Positions 12,092 through 25,015 of a DNA stretch of 64,000 nt are shown here, in pieces. The position numbers and the translations under genes were made by a program. How positions within the stretch are numbered: position 1 is the stretch's first letter; every line of letters begins with the position of its first letter. Source of the DNA: Lobosporangium transversale (Eukaryota). A model generated the notes under the pieces. The model was not told where the DNA came from. It did not search any database and was given only the letters and a program-made list of their open reading frames with translations. Location: positions 1 to 64,000 of the forward strand of contig NW_019028979.1 of the NCBI RefSeq assembly GCF_002105155.1. Direction: 5' to 3'.

Positions 12092-13627
12092 CTAATTGCC
12101 TCCCTGGTTCGCTTTCTGCTCCGCCAAACTCGGGCGCTGCAAAGCCGGGGGTAAAGTAGCAAACATGAGGTACGATGTGTGGCCACGCTGTTCCATAGGA
12201 AGCTTGGTAACAGTTATGTTTTGAGGATCAATTCTCTCCCTTGGCTCTGGTACTACATCAGCTTCTGTTGTTGATAATGACATAGTCGCTGATGTACTCT
12301 CTTCAGAATCTAATCCAGCTGTTGAAGTGGGGGTTGCAACAGTCGATGAAGTGTTACTGTCGTCAACAGATACCTCGGTCCTTGCGCTCTTGATCTTGGA
12401 GCTGACTTCCTCTTCTATATTTTCATCCTGTTCTTGGTCCTCCCCTTCATCTTGCTCCTGCTCCTGTTTTGCCTGCTCCCCTTCACGTTGTTCCCTCTTT
12501 TCCAGTTCCTTTTTGACATTCTCACGCAAGACTCGTGGTACGGCACGCTTCCTCTTCTTTTCAATGGCTCTCTGTTTCTCCATTGCTTCATCAATAGTCC
12601 ACATTGGAATGACACGGATCTCATTGAACCGGATCAAGCACTCGTACATCTGAATATCAACAAATCCATTCTCACTGAGTGAGGTAACTGTCCTGGAAAT
12701 TTGTTCAATGCAGGGCGAAAATGTACAAATCTTGCCAATTTTATCCTGCTTGAATGCCTTTTTAGCAGATGCAACAGCCTCCCAAGGTGCTGGAAGGTCC
12801 AAAAAAACTATTTCAACAAAATATTTAGCAGCCGGCAGAGAAAAGCTTTTTCTTTTTAGATCTGTGGCTCTGTAATAAACATTGGATTTTTTTTATTTCT
12901 ATTTTTTTGTTTTTTGTTTTTTTACCTGCATCAACCATGTTCTCCAGTCCAAATCCGTCTTTACAAACATCTCTGCATTCCACGGTGATCAAGTCCGATA
13001 ATTCATGCTGTGCAAATTCCTTTGTGGCCGCATTGGCGCGTTCTTGATGGTACTCGAACGTGTACAAATGCCCTGTTGGCGCTAGAGTACGAGCAATGGA
13101 ATGCGAGAACGATCCTGATCCTGTGCCTGACTCAATCATAGACATGCCCGGTCTCAAATTCAAAAAATTCATCACAAACGAGATATCTGCAATGTAAAGG
13201 ATCTGTGTACGATGAGGCAAGACCAAGGTCCAGAGTTCGGGTGTGGGGTATAAAAGGTAGAGGAATCCACGACCTGTACTGGAACCGAGCTTTGTCCCGT
13301 ACTCTAGGCCAATCATATCTGCGTGCTTGTATGTTCCAAATTTACAATTGAAATATTCTCCGTCTTGGACTCGAATGATGACCATATTTTCTTTGCTCTA
13401 GATGACCAACAAGTATCCAATAAAAAACATATATAAATAAACAGCCCAATAATCTCATGAACTCACTAGTTAGTCTTTACGATCTTGGTATAGCAATCAA
13501 AAGGTCAAATTTTTCTTACCAGATATACGACAACAAGGTCCCCCTCCTCAATGATATTATGAGCCTTATATCTGGCAAAGCTCTGTTTGACCACTGGTAC
13601 ATTCTTTTCTATACTGGATTCACTCAT
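12092..13627 (-). CDS. TRM61: tRNA (adenine58-N1)-methyltransferase catalytic subunit (3 exons)
   Basis: PTPELWTLVLPHRTQILY, ESGTGSGSFSH, TFEYHQERA, VFLDLPAPW, FSPCIEQ, GHTSYL. Confidence 0.96.
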
Positions 13628-13860
13628 ATTGTTGGTAATGATGAATGGAGTTGCTGATGGTATACAGTTATGAAGAATTGTTTTAGCCAAAGAGAAAGCA
13701 GTCTATTTGTTTTTTTTTTTATTTTTTTTTTTTTTTTTTTTAACAAATCTGCTACTTTGGACAAGTGGCTGAGTGCTTGAAAAAAAAAAAAAAAAAAAAA
13801 AAAAAAACTTTAACCACTCTCAACTTTTCACTTTACATTGTGGTTGACAACATAAAAAAC

Positions 13861-15120
13861 ATGGCCGATGCATATGCACGTCTCGACTTTCTCTGGAAAG
13901 CATCATATACACTACTCAGCACATGTCCAGGCGCATCTTCTCATTATATGGCTCAGTTCCTCGACCTTGCCAACGCCCGTGATTTGAAGCTACATGAAGA
14001 TATCCAAACCAAATCGTGTGCTGCCTGCGGATCTATCTTTGTGCCTGGAATCAATACTAAAGTCAGAGTTGTTCCTGTCCATGAGACACGCATCGAACGC
14101 GAACGACGGAAAAAGCAGGCTCGGAAAAGGGCAAAAAAGCAAAATATGTTGTTGAAAAGCAAGGATAATGATGAATCCTTTTTGGGTGCTGACAAACTGG
14201 CGACGACGAGGACGACGGTATCGACAGCAAAAGAGGAAACTATGAATTACCATCAAACCACAGCAACAATGGAGTATGATGAGGGAAAGGAAACGAAAAA
14301 ATCTATCAACGTCAACCTTGCTACAATAACAGCAACAACAAAAGTACTTCCTACATCCAATCCACAAAAGCAATCAAGCACACAACCTCAACAGTTGTTA
14401 CGCCCTCGAAAGATCATTCGCATCACCCCTCATACTGAAATCATTCAGCAACAACAACAAATGCAACAACAGTTGCGGCGCCAACTGATGGCAGATGGGA
14501 AGCCATCCAGAAAAATCGATAAGCGTGCAAATCAGGTTCTCAACCATATCATCTATTCTTGTCAAAGATGTAATAGAGATACAGAGCTTCGAGGAACAAA
14601 AGAAGGCTATTTGACTTCGCATATCAAAGCCAAGAAACTTGGGTCACAAAGACGCAAATTAAAGAATATGAAGCAGGATCTTGCTTCCACATCAGCTGAA
14701 GCAGCAATCGATTCAAAATCACAACCAATACAACCTGTGCCATCGACGCTCAAGTCAGGGCCTAATCTAGTAACGCATGCCACTGCAGTTGGCAAACGAT
14801 CAGCATCACCACTCCCTACCCACATACAACCCAATACCAAGCAATTTAAAAACGCTACATCATTGCCTCCCTCTCCTATTCGTGGACTATCAAAGGCTTC
14901 TTCTGCTGCGTCTTCAGCAGCGAGCTCGCCAGTATCATCCCCTCGTTTAGATAATGCCAAGTCAGGAGGCAGTAGTGGCAGCAGTAGCAAAAAGAAAAAG
15001 AAAGGAGGGCTGGCAAGTATTTTGGCTAGTCAGAAAGCAAAGGATCCTCCTCCTGACCCTAATGATGGCGCAGGATCTAGTGGAGATAGCTCACTAGCCA
15101 ATTTCCTCATGGGATTATAG
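13861..15120 (+). CDS. Rpr2/Rpp21/Snm1-family RNase P/MRP subunit with long insertions
   Basis: ARLDFLWKAS N-terminus, CAACGSIFVPG, second CxxC (YSCQRC), Lys/Ser-rich tail; single exon. Confidence 0.8.
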   Translation: MADAYARLDFLWKASYTLLSTCPGASSHYMAQFLDLANARDLKLHEDIQTKSCAACGSIFVPGINTKVRVVPVHETRIERERRKKQARKRAKKQNMLLKSKDNDESFLGADKLATTRTTVSTAKEETMNYHQTTATMEYDEGKETKKSINVNLATITATTKVLPTSNPQKQSSTQPQQLLRPRKIIRITPHTEIIQQQQQMQQQLRRQLMADGKPSRKIDKRANQVLNHIIYSCQRCNRDTELRGTKEGYLTSHIKAKKLGSQRRKLKNMKQDLASTSAEAAIDSKSQPIQPVPSTLKSGPNLVTHATAVGKRSASPLPTHIQPNTKQFKNATSLPPSPIRGLSKASSAASSAASSPVSSPRLDNAKSGGSSGSSSKKKKKGGLASILASQKAKDPPPDPNDGAGSSGDSSLANFLMGL

Positions 15121-15228
15121 GCTATGTCATCATGTAAAACACTTAATAAAAAATTGCTATTTTTTTACTTTATTTTTTTTATTGATTATTACTTCTGGCA
15201 TAAGAGTAAAAATGATGGTGTTATTTGT

Positions 15229-15252
15229 TTATGGGAATGCACGGCCAGTGAA

Positions 15253-15290
<38 letters not shown>

Positions 15291-17729
15291 TGAAAAATGA
15301 ACGATACCATATTATTAGAAGGGTATCTGACAATAACGTGGAGATCCATTGATCTTATTTTTTTCCTCCCTTCTTACCTTGGGTACAAGCAGGTGTCGCG
15401 AACGGTATAGAGGTTGAGCATCCAGGCAATATAGCGTTCGATTCCCAAACCAAATCCACCGTGCTCACTAGTACCAAACTTGCGTTGATCAGTGAACCAG
15501 TAGTAAGGGGAGGGATCAAGACCCTCGCGCTTATATGCAGCCATGAGCTCCTCCAAATCAGAGATACGCATCGATCCTCCGACAATCTCTCCAACACCGG
15601 GCATCAAGACGTCAACACTCTCGGTCAATGCACGGTTCTCAGGGCAACGCTTCATGTAGAACGCCTTGATCTCTGCAGGGAAGCGGCACAACAAGATAGG
15701 GCGATTGATCTTGTCTGTCATAGCACGCTCAGGAGCCTCAGGGATATCTTCGCCAACTTCATAGAAAGTGCCATCTTCCTTCTTGATGTCGTTATCCTTC
15801 AAATACTTTATAGCGTCAGAGTAGTCCATGCGCATAAATGGACGTTCGGGTCTCTTAAAATCTGGGTTAAGCTTGTAGACAATATCAGCAGTCGGTTTGT
15901 GGGCTAATGTGCGGTCAATGACATCACAAATCATATCCTCGATCTGATCCAATAGATCATCGAAGGAAATGAAAGCCATCTCAGCTTCACAGTGAGTGTA
16001 TTCCGACAAATGGCGACGGGTGTGAGACTTCTCTGCACGGAAAGATTCAGCTAAGCAGTAGACATCTCCCAATGAAGGCAAGCAGGTTTCCAAGTAAAGC
16101 TGGGAAGACTGAGTCAAGTAAGCCTTTTTTTATGGTGTAAGAAAAGAAAGAAAAAAAGGTTAGATTACAATCTCACTGACCCGAGACTTTCCAAACTATT
16201 TTTCTTGTATATTGTAAAATAACATACCTTCTCATTATAGTAGTTAAGCTCAAATAGAGTTGAACCACCCTCGACTGAGGTCTGGACCATGCAAGGAGGA
16301 GTGACTTCATAGAATCCACGGCTATCAAAATGGTCACGGAAAGCCTTCAGGACTTGAGAACGAACCTTCAAAATGCCCGACGCTCTCTCCTCACGCAAAA
16401 CTAAGTGACGAAGATCATACTTGACGGAAGGATCAGAGTTCTCGTTGACCTTGTTGCTGATAGCATCGTCACCACCGGGCGCCTTTCCAATGCATTCCCA
16501 GTAGTCAACAGTCAACTCATGGTTATCAGGTGCCTAATCAATAATTAAAATATTAAATGAAAAGAGTTGTTAGCAATTTAGTGTATCTCTCTTCCTCACC
16601 GACGGAAAATGAAATAATATAAAATAAAATAAAACTTACAGTCTTTCCAGCAGGGAGCTCGTTAATGACACCATACACGATGATAGTAGACTCGAGGGTG
16701 AGAGTAAGTGCATCGTATGTTTGGCACTTATGTTGGATTCAATCAAAATTAATAATTGTCAGCTATACATTATTTTCAATCGACATAGGAAAATACAAAA
16801 AAAGTTTTTCTTTTCCTTCACTTACGAGGTTATCGGTGAGAACGCATTGAAGGTAACCAGTACCATCTCTCAAAATTACAAACATCATGTTCTTTCCTTG
16901 AACGCGAAGGCGATGAACCCATCCTGAAACCTTAACACGCTTTCCTCTGTTATCAACACCGTTTCTAATCTTAATCTTGGTTGCAATCGGCAGGGAAGGA
17001 TCCTCCTTAAGGACAACCTTCTTGGCGGCTTCCAAAACACGCTCACGTTCCTCAGCAGCAGCCTGATCTTTGGCAGCTTGTTCTGCAGCCTGTTCAGCCA
17101 ACTTCTTGTTTTTCTTTTCCAGCTCGGCTACTTTCTTAATGGCCTTCTTCTGTGCAGCTCCAGAGATAGGGACAAAGCCAGAGGTCTCGCCTTCAGCAGT
17201 AGCAGCCTTCCAGACTTGAATCTTGACAGATTCGCCGTGGGCCTGAATGGCCTTGACAGCGGATTGATAAGGAGCTTCAATGGAACCATTGCCGGCTTCA
17301 TCAGAGCCCTTGGTCTCGTCGACATGAGCGACGACTAAGCCCACAACCAAAGAGCAGAAAGCAAAACAAGAGCAGAACAGCGAAATATGGATTAACAATT
17401 GATCATTTCGGAAAGGTTTAAAATAACACCATACCACACCCAACCAAGGTCTAGTGACTTCAATTGATCCAAATTAAATTGATACCAGTGAGCCCTAAAT
17501 TCCTCTTCAATATGTTGTCCCCCTTTTTTCTAAGGGCAAAAGCCTTCCTGCCCTGAGTGGCAATAGTCAATAGCTCTTTTGACAAAAAACTACAAAAATA
17601 AAATGTTTTAAAATAATATGTTCTGTGCTTCCTTTTTTCTCTTTTTTTTTTCTCATGGCTCCATGAAGTATAAATGAATGAATTACCAGCAGCAATAGAG
17701 AGTGAATCGACAGGTAATGTGTCAGCCAT
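15229..17729 (-). CDS. DED81: Cytosolic asparaginyl-tRNA synthetase (multi-exon)
   Basis: GWVHRLR...[71 protein letters not shown]. Confidence 0.97.
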
Positions 17730-18080
17730 GGTGAGAGGTGAGGAAAAAAAGCGGAAGAAGTGAAGAAAAGTAAAATGGAGGTTTTTTTTTATTTATTTCC
17801 ATTACTTTGTGATCAGCCACGTGACTACCCACTGAGTCACTCGTAAAAAAAAAATAAAAAATGCCCTTTTGGATCAAGGAGGAATACCAAATGTGTTGGC
17901 TGTGCGTCATGTTGGATACAAACAAGACATATTCAAGTGCACAGCAAAAACGTATTTCTCTCATTCTATGAACCCGATGAGCAAAATCTGCGGTCTTAGA
18001 ATTAATTAACTTTTCATACATTTCTATTGACTAAGCAAAACAGAGCAGTATAAGACGGAACAAAATAGAGTAGGGCCACC

Positions 18081-19494
18081 ATGGACAATTTAAACCATGA
18101 CGCCCTCCCAGAAGAGCGCATGGAGGAATCCGTCTCTGCGATACCAACAACGACACGAGAATTTCAACAACCATGGTCTTCACATAACTATTCTAGTCTT
18201 CAAGATATATCTAGCTCACAAACTCACGAGAGATATCCAGGGGGAGTACAGACTCGTCAAGGCCGACCCAATGTTGAAGAGCTGGAGGCACAGACAGAAG
18301 CGGAACGAGAAGTATATGATGGCCAGGACGGTTGGAATTATGAAGCACCATTTTCCCAACAGACATTTTTCCAGCACGCACAACGCGAACAACAGGTTTA
18401 TGTTAGGGAGGTTTTGCAAGGCCGCCCCGCCCTCCTTGAAAGCCGCGCTTTCCCTCAGGAATACTACACACCCGAAGAAATGTGCCACATCTATGGCATT
18501 GGCGATGAGGATGATTTCGTGGATAGTGAGGAATCCACGTGGACCGAATATGGCCATTCAGGACCTATTAACCCTTTTTCTGACCCAAGGATCTATGAAC
18601 AACTACGATGGACTAACGAATCTGGAGACCAAGGCATGACAGCGAGTGCGAGTGCGAGTGCGACCGAAAAGAGCAATATGAGTAAGGAAAATGACGGAAC
18701 AACAACAGCAACATCAGCAAGGCATAGTTATGGTATGGCTCCAGATCCACCAGATGTTAGAAACAAGCGTGACTTCATTACCGCCATAGAGTTGGGTATG
18801 CGTATTCAGAGACAGCAACAATTGCGAGCCATGCTCCGATCTAGAGATGCTCATGTCTTTCGCGATCAGGACAGCGCTATTGAAAGGGAGAACAAACAGC
18901 GTGCAGCTAATGCGTTATTCGATCACTCGACTCTGCTTCTTCATGCTCTGTCTATGAATGAGGTATGGATAGCGTTTTTTTTTTTTTTTTTTTTTTTTTT
19001 TTGATCCCAGTAGCATCATACTCCATGTATATCGCGTAAAAAAGGCCAGATGACTTAAGCAAAAGTAATATAAATGCCTGCTGTTGCTTTTTTCACTTCA
19101 TAGACGCCTGCTAAAGCGCGGATGCGAATGTTTCGGTATGAGTTGCTTTTTTGCTTGCTGAGGAAGATCAATTACAACGACAAAAAAAAGTAGCTTCTTA
19201 CTTCCAATCTTCTCTTTGACACCAATAAACCTTTGGCCCTAATGTCTACATCAAACATTCGTTTATCATAGCCATTTAACAGGCATGCCACAGCCTCAAC
19301 ATAGCTATACGCCTTCGAAGCAAAAGTGCAAGGAAAAGGAAAATGAAAATGCTTCCTCATCTACATCTCGCACCCCAGGATCTTCTCGGGGAACATTACC
19401 TCAAGAAGCGACAGCTCATCGTCCGCGCCGTGATAACGTTCCTCTGGATGATGAGTTCGCTCACACATACTTTCAAGGTCCTCGGTCATATTAG
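18081..19494 (+). CDS. Hypothetical protein (3 predicted exons)
   Basis: Long ORF to a GT donor near 18963, short exon 19104-19135 (TPAKARMRMFR), last exon from 19272 in frame; no domain recognised. Confidence 0.6.
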
Positions 19495-19743
19495 TGCTTT
19501 ATCAATCATCTCATTTGTAATCTTTTTTTTTTTTTTTTTTACATTTTTCACTTTGTACACTATTAAATCAATAAAGCTTTCAAGCTTGTGGAAACAATTA
19601 GTGGGATGAGCCATCATGAATGACAAGTGGGATAGCTAACGCCAATCAGCTCTGTGTAATGAAGCTCACCCCCTATTTCAGCCGCAACTTGCTTCATAGT
19701 TAATCAAAGCCGTGTCATTCCCATAGAGGAGGATAGTATAGAG

Positions 19744-21741
19744 CTATCTTGTCAACTTTTGCTGTTGTTTTTTGTTCATGTATTCTGCTACCTTGCCCTC
19801 GATTTTGACCATAAGGTTGTCTGCGCGCCTTATCAGCTCCTTTGAACGGTATTTGTTGTTACCCTTGATAAACGCCTTCTTGATATCCTCAGGGTCTACA
19901 ATCTTCGCTAAGCTACTTTCAATCCTCACCAAAGCTCTGTCAGCCGATTGGAGGATGATGGCCTTGTTAAGCGGCCTGGGTCTGTGTTTTTGGGGCTGAG
20001 TGGGGCTCGGGGCGTTGGTGTACCTTGATAGAGATTGGGAGAGCTGCTCCAATGCCATAGGGAGACCAGTGTGCTGTGAAGGAAGCCTTTGATGATTGAG
20101 TGAGCGTGAATGACAAGGAGCCAAAGATATAGACTTGGGCTTATGCGATCGTTGTTGTGGTTTTACGATTTGTGGTTTTCTCTCCTTGACGAAATCATCA
20201 GCACTTCTGTAGACAAGAGCGGGAACAGCTCCAGAAGCATGCGTCGCGACTGCATTATTATGATGTTGACGCATTGCTACCTTTTTCTCAAAACGACCAT
20301 CAGCTAAGTTAAAAAGGGAACCCAAAGCAGTGTCGCCAATCTTCATCATATATGTAAATGCGGTCTGCAAATGTGTAAGTATTGTTTGAATGTAACAGTA
20401 AAATCCTGGTTGAAGCCCCGTAGGTCCTTGTTCTTTTTGATATTGATTTGTTGGTTGCTTATGCCGCTGACCGAGGATTATGCGCTTCGAGTCAATAGGT
20501 TTCATCAAATTGTGATCCTTTGTCTCGTACGTTGCCTTTGGCCACACGAGCTCCTGTGGTGTACCTCGAATTCGCGTTCCGTCCAAGAACCACAGATGTA
20601 AATAGTACTTCGGCTTTTTCAAACGTTCCCACGGCCATAATAATCTTTGGTACTCTTGTTGGCGTAGCTGTGTCACTATGATCTTGTAGGTTCCATTCTG
20701 CAAATCCTGTACAGCGACATCACGAATAGGTAGAAGGACAATGGAATGAAGCGGTCTCTGCGCATCCAGATCCATCTGGTTCTTGTCGTTGATCAAGATT
20801 TGGAGGTAGAACATAGTATTAGGAAAGCCATATCCCTGCTTGTTGGTACAAAGGGGTTTACCATTGGATGTATAGAAATCCAAATGGACAATCTCTACAT
20901 ATGCATCGGCTGAATATCGAATTGGTTGAAGGACGGCATGAGGCAGTCTAGGGGATGAAAGACTGTATCCAAGAATCATGCTAAGGAGCAAGGCTCCTGT
21001 TGTGACAATGATTGCAATAAGGAAAGTCGTGATAATACTGTTGTCAAAAGGGGACTGAAGCCTATTGTTCCAGAGCTGGCTAGGAGACATAAGCTTAGGC
21101 AATGAGTTATTGACCGAGATGGCGGTGGCTATGACATGCCTGTCAATGGTATCGCATATATTGATGGAAGAAAGATCCTGGAGCGAAACACAGGATCGCA
21201 GGATGGTTTTGACGAGCTGTGTATAATCTACAGCATCAATACCATCGCTGTATCTGGACTGGATTAATTGGAACTGTGCATTAAGGCTATTGCGGATGTC
21301 AATCACGGAAAGTGGGTTGACAAAATCATCGCCACAAACCACGACGAGGACTGGCAGAGACGCGGATACTTGCATAAGGGCAACAGCGTCCTCCTCCTTC
21401 ACACCGTACACAGTTGAGAGTACGTATACACACAGATCCGCTTCCCCAATCAGCTGCTCGGTAATCGGGCTGTGAGCCCGTGCGAACCGTGGTTGCGTGA
21501 CATTGTCCATACCACAAAGACTTAAGGAGCATCTGCGATGAAGATTTGATGTGATCTTTTCACAGACCTTGGTATACTTTCCGTCTCCGAGAGTCCATCC
21601 AACAGCCATGATACATACTTCGCATTTCTGGTCAGAATGGGTAACTACGGGCTCTGATGGCGCTAGAGGAGACGTGAAAGAAGAGGAAAGGGTCGAAGCT
21701 CGGATGTTGAACCGGACATCACTTGTCAACCTGGTTTGCAT
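19744..21741 (-). CDS. Predicted single-pass membrane protein with a degenerate septin/GTPase-like N-terminal region; may continue upstream into ORF 21726-22070
   Basis: 665-aa ORF. ADLCVYVL...EDAVALMQVSASLPVLVVVCGDD resembles a septin core. TM segment IITTFLIAIIVTTGALLLSMILG. Confidence 0.6.
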   Translation of the reverse strand: MQTRLTSDVRFNIRASTLSSSFTSPLAPSEPVVTHSDQKCEVCIMAVGWTLGDGKYTKVCEKITSNLHRRCSLSLCGMDNVTQPRFARAHSPITEQLIGEADLCVYVLSTVYGVKEEDAVALMQVSASLPVLVVVCGDDFVNPLSVIDIRNSLNAQFQLIQSRYSDGIDAVDYTQLVKTILRSCVSLQDLSSINICDTIDRHVIATAISVNNSLPKLMSPSQLWNNRLQSPFDNSIITTFLIAIIVTTGALLLSMILGYSLSSPRLPHAVLQPIRYSADAYVEIVHLDFYTSNGKPLCTNKQGYGFPNTMFYLQILINDKNQMDLDAQRPLHSIVLLPIRDVAVQDLQNGTYKIIVTQLRQQEYQRLLWPWERLKKPKYYLHLWFLDGTRIRGTPQELVWPKATYETKDHNLMKPIDSKRIILGQRHKQPTNQYQKEQGPTGLQPGFYCYIQTILTHLQTAFTYMMKIGDTALGSLFNLADGRFEKKVAMRQHHNNAVATHASGAVPALVYRSADDFVKERKPQIVKPQQRSHKPKSISLAPCHSRSLNHQRLPSQHTGLPMALEQLSQSLSRYTNAPSPTQPQKHRPRPLNKAIILQSADRALVRIESSLAKIVDPEDIKKAFIKGNNKYRSKELIRRADNLMVKIEGKVAEYMNKKQQQKLTR

Positions 21742-22418
21742 GCAAGCACTAGTTTTCGTGAGGACATTTGCAACGGTTGCTTAATATAAGGCTTAGGACT
21801 AGTCTCATATTCCATTGCATTCTCAATATTATACACATCAAAGTACCTCTCGTCTCGTTCGAGGTCACTGACTTCCTCCCCATCATCTTGTTTATGATTT
21901 GGCTGCCCAGATAAGCCAAGTGATGACTGTGTTTGATCCAGTTTGAGAGAGCTCAACTTTGATTCAGATAGGTAGAAGAACTCATCAGTTTCATATCCGT
22001 CTAAATCATCGTCGCCCGATCCCTCGCCGGCTGAGGACCACGAGTCAGGGAACCCGTGCATAAAATACACTTTGGGCGAAATGTGAGGTTTTTTGTAAAA
22101 GAAGGCGCAGTGTGATAGGCGCGGTGATCAAAAATTATATGAAGGGAAGGAAGGTGAAAGGATAGAATGAAAAGTGAAGACGAAATGATAAAAAAAAAAG
22201 AGAGAGAGAGAAAGAGAAAGGAAGAGAGAGAAAGCGTGAATATCGCGTCTTAGTGAATTCGTGTCTACGTGGCCATTTCTCACCATATGAATATGATGTG
22301 CACAGGCATAAAATATTTTATTTGCACACATTGTATAAACATCAAATTGGCACGAATAATGAAACGTCCACATCCAATAATATGATAAATATTAGCGTTC
22401 TCTCTTTATTAGCCTGGT

Positions 22419-24172
22419 TCATTCTGGAAGTAAGCGGAGCGTTGGCTTCAATAATGCCCTGTTGAAATGCATGCGAGGACCCTGTGTTGTAGGAATAGTA
22501 GTCTTAATCCACTGACGTACAAAGTACAGACGCGCCAACAGTTGTGTAATAGAGTCTTCGTTCCCAATAGTAGAGGAAAGGGTAATGCCGGTGTAGACTT
22601 TGTATAAATATTCATGATTGACCATCCTCATGAGGGAAATCTCTACTTCTCTACCAACAACAAAGAATCCGATGACGGCGAATTCATCCTCACTCTGTGC
22701 TTGAATGATACGCTCATGAAGGGCTCGTTTCATGAACTCTGCTATCCTAGCACGATCATCATCGATGGAGGCTCTTGACGCTGAAAACGGCTTAATCTCA
22801 CCGCAACCAACTGGGACGCCTTTATGGGTTAAAACGATGTCAGGTCTCTCTAAGCTACTTCCATTGAGCCTCGTATCCCTTATACATTCATGAGAAATGG
22901 CTTATTGATCAGGAAAATGGATTGAACTCAATAAGCAAACTGCAAGATGCACACCTGTAGTCATTGCATTTCATACCACTTGATAGAGAAACCTTCGTGG
23001 GTATTAAAGATCGTGTCCCAAATGGTACAGACATGGTGGATAATAAAGTTCATTTCTTGATTCTTTGATCTACAGCAGGCTTCTGAAGTGCTAGGGCCAT
23101 GCGACTGAGAAAGGCAAGACAAAATAGTGTATATTTCGAGCTCCATATCATTAGTCGCGCGAGGAAAATAATATCGTTTCCCTTCGTCTTGAGCCACTAA
23201 AAAAGTGTCAATAGCATCCCTGCATGAATTCGGAAGCTGATAACGGATAGATCTAGGAAATGCCTCATGCTGGTCTACAACTTGAATTGATGACAGCAAC
23301 CTACATAGAGACCCATCCAATAATTAGTGTCAAAACAAAAATTTGCCATTTGCCATTTTTAGGCGAACGCAACAGTCAAAGTCATGACATTTTTGTTTTG
23401 ATATTTGAAGGGCACATTGATACACTAAATTAAACTAGAGGTCTTTTTTCTTTTTCTTTTTCTTTTTCTTTTTCTTTTTTTTTTTTTTTTAACTTGTAAT
23501 CTATCGGTTGGCCAATTCTTACCATCGCTCTTCTAAACTGGCAAAGTTGTCAAGAATGTGTACTCTTCTCTCCACGCCTGTATGAGATACACCCGTTAAT
23601 TCATTCATATCCAATACAAACCGCTCACGCTCGATCAAATATTCTTCTGGAGGGTCGGGCGATAAAGTCGGAGGTTCATAAAAGGATTGAGAGGATAGCG
23701 GTTCATCGTCATCAGAATGTAAAGAAGATGTCGCGCCGGCATATGAAGGGGGAGCGTCTTCTGAAACACCTGGACCTGGGAAGCCAACAACAGAGGACGG
23801 CATTCGTAAAGTGTTGTCGATTTCATTATTGCTACTGCTTGCTTGCTCCCGAATTAGCTTTTTTGCGATATGTTCACCTCCTAAAGCCAATTCTTTTGCT
23901 GTTCTCTTTGTAGAGATTGATACCTGTGCTGAAACTGCCACAGAAGCCCAATACTCATCTCCATTGTTGCGTTGCCAAACGTCATAGTCTGATTGCAAAC
24001 GCGTTCGTATTCGCTTAGAAATGTCTGTTACAGAAATTAGGGCGGAAAATGCGGCATGTGCATCTTTTTCAATAGTAAAGTTAAACGCTTCGTTGAAACT
24101 AGGCATTGTGATCGATTCTTGGTTCTTGAGCCTCTCTAAGAGCCACTGGAGAGGCGTAGTTGTACTCCCCAT
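22419..24172 (-). CDS. PD-(D/E)XK restriction-endonuclease-like domain protein (3 exons)
   Basis: Exons about 24172-23523, 23300-22977 and 22878-22419 splice in frame. The last exon reads WDTRLNGSSLERPDIVLTHKGVPVGCGEIKPF...DRARIAEFMK. Confidence 0.7.
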
Positions 24173-24981
24173 TGTCAAGTAGGCTCTATTTTGAAGGCAC
24201 CACATGAGGAAAGAACCTCAAGCATGTTCAGTATTATGTCTTCGGGCCAAGTTTCAAATAAACAAAAAAAAAAAAAAAAAAAAAAAAACCAGCTCTTTAA
24301 CATATAGAAAGGACAGAGTTTTTATTGCCAATTTAAAAAAAAAAAAAAAAAAAAAAAAAGTCTACACTCTTCTCTCCGCCTCTCTGCTGCTGCATAGCAC
24401 CTAGACAGAGAACCTAAGAAAGAACCAGTGTATATTGTCAGTATGCTTTAAGCTCGACTTGACAAGTTATTCAGTGATCATCTAGTTTATATCCTGCTGC
24501 ATTCTTCTTTCCGCCCTCCTGCCGCTGCACAGAGCACCTGAGCAGGAGACCTAAGAAAGAACCAATACATGATAGCAGAGTTTGACTAAATGCCAAGAAT
24601 CGAGTCAAAGGTGTCAGATACTATATGTATCTCTATTTTTCTTTTCATTTGACCAGCATCTAAGGTGGAGTGAAATTACAATGAATGAAAGATAAAAAGA
24701 TTGAAAAGTTTCTTATTTTCGTATGTGTGTTAGAAAGCTATAAAGACGTAGAATGATAAAGTGATGGTGATGGTCTTTGACCACTAAAAATAAAAATGAA
24801 AAACCAGGTCTACGTAATTTGAGCAAAATAAGAATAATTAAAAAATTCACAACCTCTTCAAAGTAAAATGTGCAAAAAAATTTTACAAGATAAAAAGTGC
24901 TTACAAAAAAATATCCGCGGTTTGTATATAAAAATATATTAGAGCATGCATGCACATGCATTTCACTTTCTTTCTCTCTCT

Positions 24982-25015
<34 letters not shown>

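Noticed and set aside
15430..15450. gttcgattccc, a tRNA T-loop-like motif
   Set aside because: It lies inside the AsnRS coding exon, with no cloverleaf around it.
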